In this document: in pieces, positions 59,348 through 64,000 of the stretch
Numbering within the stretch: the stretch's first letter is position 1
How the letters are laid out: the number at the start of each line of letters is the position of its first letter
NCBI GenBank assembly: GCA_963663165.1
Contig: OY760175.1
Location: 3,520,001-3,584,000 of the forward strand
Length of the DNA stretch: 64,000 nt
Reading direction: 5' to 3'
Source of the DNA: an uncultured Desulfospira sp.
Lineage (GTDB): Bacteria > Desulfobacterota > Desulfobacteria > Desulfobacterales > Desulfobacteraceae
Notes under the pieces: model-generated
Told to the model about the DNA's origin: nothing
What the model saw: only the letters and a program-made list of their open reading frames with translations
Databases searched by the model: none
Position numbers and translations under genes: made by a program

Positions 59348-60442
59348 TCACTGCACAGTGAACGGAGTTTTGTACTTGTCCTGGGGTAAATATTTTTCAA
59401 TCAGTCCCCTGTAAACCTGCAGGGTTTGCCTGCCCGGAAGTTTGCGGTTTTCCATTTTCTGAATCCAGTTGTCATAAATTTTGGGAATCAAAACGGATTT
59501 GCAGTCTTCCACCACCGGGTCGGGGAAGGTGTAAAAAGTGCAATGGGCATCCTTGAGCTTACCGGTGATCTTGGTGAACAGCTGATTGGTTAACTCAACA
59601 TAACGGTCCGGAACAGCAGCATTGGTTTCCTCTATGATCTGCTTGATATTGTCGGGCAGGCCATCCCATACGTCCTGGTTCATGTAGTACCCGCCGCTGG
59701 CATAACATCCCATGCGCAGCCCAACGATATTTTTGGCCACTTCCTGGAACTTAAAGGCGGCAATCAAATGGTAGGGGATCCCGGTTACCGCATCAAGGGT
59801 TCCCCGCTCCAGAGCCTCATAAACCTCGGGCAGGGGCATGGCCACAGGGGTTGCGCCCAGCAGCTTCATGGCATCATTCATCAGCCCCATGGCCCGGACC
59901 TTCTTGCCCTTTAAATCCGCAAGGGATTTAATAGGTTCAATGGATGCCATGGCCACCTCTCCGGCAGACAGGGAAATGAGAAATTTAAGATTATTTTTTT
60001 TCATCATTTTTTGAAACGGCGGATAGGTCTCATGCATTTCAGTGCAGGCTTTGTCCATCAGATAGCCGGAATCAGACTGGTACAGCAAATGAAGGCCCCC
60101 GATCAGGGGAAGCTGGGATGGATAATACCCGTCAGCCACGAACTGGATATCAGCGATACCCGATGAAACCGCTGAAAGGGCATCCATGGTTTTCACCAAC
60201 GCCTGGGCAAAATAATACTCAATCTTGACGCTGCCATTGCTTTTTTTCTCGATCTCATCGCCCCACCACCTGACAATCTGTCCTTCATTGGTGGATTCAG
60301 GAAGGTAGCTTGAAAGCTTAAGTACAATCGGTTTTGTTGATTTTGCAGCCGCGTGATCAACATTCAAGAATCCCATTGCTGCCGTCATCATTGCACAGAT
60401 ACCGGTGATGGCGATAATTTTTCCCATAATACGCTTTTTCAT
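59348..60442 (-). CDS. dctP: TRAP transporter substrate-binding protein
   Basis: Signal peptide; PIKSLADLKGKKVR...LGATPVAMPLPEVYEALERGTLD. ATG 60442 has an AAGGAG RBS. Confidence 0.92.
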   Translation of the reverse strand: MKKRIMGKIIAITGICAMMTAAMGFLNVDHAAAKSTKPIVLKLSSYLPESTNEGQIVRWWGDEIEKKSNGSVKIEYYFAQALVKTMDALSAVSSGIADIQFVADGYYPSQLPLIGGLHLLYQSDSGYLMDKACTEMHETYPPFQKMMKKNNLKFLISLSAGEVAMASIEPIKSLADLKGKKVRAMGLMNDAMKLLGATPVAMPLPEVYEALERGTLDAVTGIPYHLIAAFKFQEVAKNIVGLRMGCYASGGYYMNQDVWDGLPDNIKQIIEETNAAVPDRYVELTNQLFTKITGKLKDAHCTFYTFPDPVVEDCKSVLIPKIYDNWIQKMENRKLPGRQTLQVYRGLIEKYLPQDKYKTPFTVQ

Positions 60443-60498
60443 GATCGCTCCTTTTTGAGTTATAAAAAAACATAGCAACCGGCAAAATGCCGTTACCA

Positions 60499-61161
60499 TC
60501 ATTTATTGGTGCTTGAATCCCGCTTTAAATTTTCAAGGTGTTCGCGAATGGCTGTTTCCGCCTTTGATAAATCCTTTTCCATCAATGCCTCCAGCATATG
60601 TTTATGGCCTTCCACGGCGTCCATGAGGCCGTCTTTTTTCAGCCCTGTTATTCTGGAGCGGATCATATCGTTCCTCAAAGACAGGATAATATTCACCAGC
60701 TGCCGGCTGCCGCTGGCCTTGGCCAGCAGTTCATGAAATTCCCCATCCAGACTTACAAAAGCCGGCAAATCACCATCCGCCAGTTTTCTTTCAGCGGTGA
60801 CAACATTTTCTTTGAGGGCATGGATCTGATCTTGTGTAATCCGCTCAATGGCCCATTTTGCCGCGATGGTTTCCAGAGCGCAGCGGATTTCACAAATTTC
60901 TTCAAGCTCCCGGCGGTCCACAGCCCGGACTTTGTACCCCTTCTTGGGCAGTGCGTACAGCATTCCTTCTTTTTCCAGATAATGCAGCGCTTCCCGAACC
61001 GGTGTGCGGGAAATCCCCAGCTGCTTGGACAGGTTCAGCTCTGTCAGGATTTCAGATGGCGGTATATTGCCTTCTATGATCTGGGTTTTTACATAGTCGT
61101 AAACCCGGTCCCGGAGCGAAACCGGGGGTTTGAGCTTAATGGATGTCGATTTTTTCGGCAT
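60499..61161 (-). CDS. GntR/FadR-family regulator (FCD domain)
   Basis: LSKQLGISRTPVREAL; DGEFH...ASGS...H...IREH. Confidence 0.93.
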   Translation of the reverse strand: MPKKSTSIKLKPPVSLRDRVYDYVKTQIIEGNIPPSEILTELNLSKQLGISRTPVREALHYLEKEGMLYALPKKGYKVRAVDRRELEEICEIRCALETIAAKWAIERITQDQIHALKENVVTAERKLADGDLPAFVSLDGEFHELLAKASGSRQLVNIILSLRNDMIRSRITGLKKDGLMDAVEGHKHMLEALMEKDLSKAETAIREHLENLKRDSSTNK

Positions 61162-61233
61162 TGCTTACCCCCCAATAGTTTTTGGTTTACTGCGCATTGT
61201 CTTTGTTGCCTCCCCTGCCGTTAACCTCAACTT

Positions 61234-61273
61234 TTTATGGGTACTTGGGCTCATGTACCCAAGTACCCATAAA
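61234..61273. promoter_or_regulatory. Perfect 16-bp inverted repeat upstream of the GntR operon; probable operator
   Basis: TTTATGGGTACTTGGG-ctcatgta-CCCAAGTACCCATAAA; a minus-strand TTGACA lies at 61292-97. Confidence 0.7.
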
Positions 61274-61542
61274 TCACAAAATCAACCATCTTGTCAACTG
61301 TTAATCTTCCAACAGGGGATAAGCGCCAACTCGGGAATATACTAACAAATTTTTTCGGCCAGGCAGACCTATAACGAGTATGGCTTGTGTTAGCAGATAA
61401 AGGCAAACTTGCCAGGGTCTGCTCTGGATGAAATAAAGAAAAAATCCAGAGTAACTATTCAGCTATTTCTGAAAAATAAGCAAAAACCAAGGTCAGTAAC
61501 TGTTCATCAGTGCTTCATATTTGTTTTATATGAAAGAATCTG

Positions 61543-61618
61543 CAAGCTGCTGTAATTCTTTCATGCTTTGTTGTGGGCCGAACCGGATTAACAATCCAAT
61601 CGGCCCGTGGCCGTTAGT
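61543..61618. repeat. Dispersed hairpin element, copy 3
   Basis: GTTGTGGGCCGA-ACCGGATT-AAC-AATCC-AA-TCGGCCCGTGGCCGTTAGT. Confidence 0.75.
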
Positions 61619-61632
61619 CAAGCCTTGGTAGC

Positions 61633-61797
61633 ATACTTGATGCCGATGTTTCAGCATTCTTCGATAAAATCAATCACGACTGGATGCTGAAGTTCATTGA
61701 GCATCGTGTGACAGATAAAAGAATGCTACGGCTGATCAGGAAATGGCTCAAAGTAGGTATTGTCGAACAAAAGACAACCCAGACGCAAGTTTCATAG
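61633..61797 (+). pseudogene. Group II intron reverse transcriptase/maturase fragment
   Basis: Translates ILDADVSAFFDKINHDWMLKFIEHRVTDKRMLRLIRKWLKVGIVE, the region typical of LtrA-type RTs upstream of PQG. No start codon and no YADD; stops at 61797. Confidence 0.85.
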
Positions 61798-61891
61798 ATG
61801 TTAAGATGATTTTTATGAGCAAAGTTAGTCTATGCAATTTTAGAAACCCAAAAAACACCGTATCTTCAAACCTAAGACAAACTTAATCACA

Positions 61892-61910
61892 TGTTCAATA
61901 AAATTGAACA
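61892..61910. promoter_or_regulatory. Palindrome TGTTCAAT-AAA-ATTGAACA upstream of tctC; probable operator
   Basis: Perfect 8-3-8 dyad 65 nt before the ATG. Confidence 0.6.
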
Positions 61911-61975
61911 CAATTTAAGTTAACCCCCAACAAAGAGAGTTTAGAATTTAATACTTACAACAAGGAGAGTTTGAG

Positions 61976-62914
61976 ATGAAAAAACTAGGTTTATCATTAT
62001 TCCTGGCCCTGGTGATGGCCCTTCCCCTGACCGCAGATGCCTCCGAAAACCCCTACAAAAAACCGGTGAAAGTCATCAGCGGCATGGCACCAGGCAGCGG
62101 ACCGGGCATCAATGATGCCTTTTACGCGGACCTTCTGGCAGAAGAGCTGGGCGTGCCTGTGAAGGTGGTCTATTCCCCGGGCGCCGGAACCATTGTCTCC
62201 CATAACGAGCTTTTGTCAAACCGCGCTGACGGACAGACCATATTGATGAGCTATATTGCCGGTTCTCTCTTAAGTCCGGCCATCAACAAGACCCCCTATA
62301 AAGAAGAAGAGTTTGAAATTATCGGCAACTATGTGGGGAACGTGATCACCGCCGTTGTCCGGGAAGATTCCCCCTATAAAACCCTCCAGGACGCCTTTGA
62401 CCATGCAAAAAAAACAGGGGAGCCGCTTCGTATGAACGTCACCTCCTTTTACGGCATCCCTTTTGTTTCCATGATTGCCGCCACCAACCACTTTGACATC
62501 CCGGCCAAATATACTGAAATCCGAGGGGCCTGTCCCCTGTATCTGGAGCGGGGGGATCTTGACATTCTCCTGGCCTCCCCGTTGGGATGGCTCTCTTATG
62601 CTGAAAAAGGCAGTGTCCGGGCCCTGGCCACCATGACAGCCGGCCCGAGTCTGCCCGGTGTCCCTACCCTTAAAGAGGCCGTAGGCTTTGATGCCTATGG
62701 CGGATTCCAGACCGTCATAGTAAAAAAAGGGATTCCCAGAAACAAATACAACGCCCTGGTGGCTGCCCACGAGCGGGTGATGAAGAGTGAAAAAATGAAA
62801 GAATATTCCGGAAGGACCCACTACATGAACTATTGGGCAACGCCTGAAGACTCTAACAAGCTGCGCCAGGAAGTAAAAAGCTATTTTATATACAATTTTA
62901 AAGATCCCCAATAA
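61976..62914 (+). CDS. tctC: Tripartite tricarboxylate transporter substrate-binding protein (Bug/TctC, divergent)
   Basis: Signal peptide; YKKPVKVI...PGSG, PGAGT...ADGQTI and LPGVPTLKEA motifs. Confidence 0.8.
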   Translation: MKKLGLSLFLALVMALPLTADASENPYKKPVKVISGMAPGSGPGINDAFYADLLAEELGVPVKVVYSPGAGTIVSHNELLSNRADGQTILMSYIAGSLLSPAINKTPYKEEEFEIIGNYVGNVITAVVREDSPYKTLQDAFDHAKKTGEPLRMNVTSFYGIPFVSMIAATNHFDIPAKYTEIRGACPLYLERGDLDILLASPLGWLSYAEKGSVRALATMTAGPSLPGVPTLKEAVGFDAYGGFQTVIVKKGIPRNKYNALVAAHERVMKSEKMKEYSGRTHYMNYWATPEDSNKLRQEVKSYFIYNFKDPQ

Positions 62915-63016
62915 GGGAGATCTCCCTCCCCCCCCTGCGTCTTGGGTCAAACGGATGGTGTTATCAGCCCCAAGGGGCAGGGGGAATACTATAAAGATTT
63001 TCAGGAAGGCATAATT

Positions 63017-63508
63017 ATGAATAAAAATGAACCCACAAGCGCAAGTGATTATTGCCAGGCAGGGCTTGGATTAACCGGCCTGATCTTGATTGGCCTTTCT
63101 CCCTGGCAGCTGGGCCTCTTTGAAACAGGCGAGGGCTGGTACAGGGGAGATCTTTTAGTGCCTTTTATCAGCCTGGGAATTATGGTTTTAGCCTCCATCC
63201 CAGCCTGGGTGCGGCTGTGGCAAAAGCGGGGCCGAAAGTTTGAGGCAGACAAAGAGGGCCTGATGCTGAGCACCCTCTATATCTTTATCTTTATGCTGAT
63301 ATTTATTGGCGGCCTGATTTTTGTCGGCGTTGTCCCTTCCATTCTTATCCTCATGCCAGTCACCCTCTACCTTTTAGGCCAGAGGAACTGGCTGATCATC
63401 AGCATTTCAACCGCTGTCATCACCACATTGGCATGGCTGTTTTTCATCAAAATCCTGGATCTGTATTTTCCGGATCCCCTGTTATTTGAAATTTTAGGCT
63501 GGGTATAG
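63017..63508 (+). CDS. tctB: TctB-family small membrane subunit
   Basis: Several hydrophobic helices ending FIKILDLYFP; lies between tctC and tctA. Confidence 0.75.
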   Translation: MNKNEPTSASDYCQAGLGLTGLILIGLSPWQLGLFETGEGWYRGDLLVPFISLGIMVLASIPAWVRLWQKRGRKFEADKEGLMLSTLYIFIFMLIFIGGLIFVGVVPSILILMPVTLYLLGQRNWLIISISTAVITTLAWLFFIKILDLYFPDPLLFEILGWV

Positions 63509-63518
63509 GGAGAAGAAT

Positions 63519-64000
63519 ATGAACGTATTTATTGAAGCCCTTCAAGCATCTTTTGCATTGGAAAATGTCCTGTTCATGCTCATCGGCACCCTGTTAGGGG
63601 CCATTGTGGGCATCATACCGGGCCTGGGGGCGCTTGTGGGAATTGTCATTATCCTGCCCATCACCTTTACCCTGGAACCCAATGTGGCCATTTCCATGCT
63701 CCTTGGGGTATATTGTGCCTGTTACTACACCGGCGCCATCCCAGCTGTACTTCTGCGCACCCCCGGCACTCCCCAGTCGCTGATCACCTGCTATGACGGT
63801 TTTCCTTTGACCCAGCAGGGCAAACCGGATCTGGCCATGTCCGCCTGTTTTACCGGCTCCTTTGTGGGCGGTATCATCAGCCTGCTGCTGCTCATCTGCA
63901 TCGCCCCGATTCTGGCAAAAGCAGCCGCCTCCTTCGGGCCTCCGGAGTTCTTTGCTGTGGCGCTTTTCGGCATGTGCTTTGTGGTCATGACCGGCCGGAC
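63519..64000 (+). CDS. tctA: TctA-family permease, 5' part (runs off the right edge; not in the ORF track)
   Basis: Manual translation MNVFIEALQ...GTLLGAIVGIIPGLG...LRTPGTPQSLITCYDGFPLTQQGKPDLA...GPPEFFAV. Confidence 0.92.
   Translation, partial: MNVFIEALQASFALENVLFMLIGTLLGAIVGIIPGLGALVGIVIILPITFTLEPNVAISMLLGVYCACYYTGAIPAVLLRTPGTPQSLITCYDGFPLTQQGKPDLAMSACFTGSFVGGIISLLLLICIAPILAKAAASFGPPEFFAVALFGMCFVVMTGR

Noticed and set aside
61633..61797. Functional retron, DGR or group II intron
   Set aside because: Only a short internal RT fragment is present, without start codon, YADD or recognisable intron domain V/VI.
1..64000. tRNA, rRNA, prophage or defence genes
   Set aside because: None recognised by eye apart from the TA pair; tRNAscan and DefenseFinder were not run.

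Overview
This 64-kb window of bacterial chromosome most resembles a sulfate-reducing Desulfobacteraceae-type deltaproteobacterium; that assignment is inferred from gene content and style only. Contents from left to right: (i) the 5' part of a giant secreted protein gene missed by the ORF track (9949 to <1, minus strand, >3300 aa), with 852-bp beta-helix tandem repeats, CARDB/Ig, two LamG-like domains and FN3 domains; (ii) a chemotaxis operon (MCP-like, STAS, cheY, cheA, cheW, cheR, cheB, cheD) with a divergent Cache-domain MCP; (iii) acyl-CoA dehydrogenase, XRE-cupin regulator, ilvE and an acyl-CoA synthetase; (iv) a binding protein plus a sensor lacking the kinase ATPase domain, a TetR regulator, and a small secreted-peptide gene with three operators; (v) a complete 2756-bp Mutator-like IS with terminal inverted repeats (TIRs), an 8-bp target-site duplication (TSD) and a -1 frameshift signal; (vi) a four-gene surface locus encoding a Gly-rich protein, a 3730-aa Sec-exported FN3/Ig-RHS protein with a Cys-rich tip, an 875-aa dockerin/Ca-binding protein and a PEP-CTERM-type protein, behind a sigma54/IHF/enhancer-like promoter; (vii) glnE and a BrnT-like toxin-antitoxin pair; (viii) a GntR-TRAP-acetylene-hydratase-like molybdoenzyme operon; (ix) a group II intron RT remnant and a Tct transporter operon running off the right end. 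The best candidate for an undescribed system is the pair of paralogous giant surface proteins, which share a core, have different N-terminal heads, carry an RHS cargo with no adjacent immunity gene (seen in the complete copy), come with partner proteins and have parallel sigma54-like promoters.
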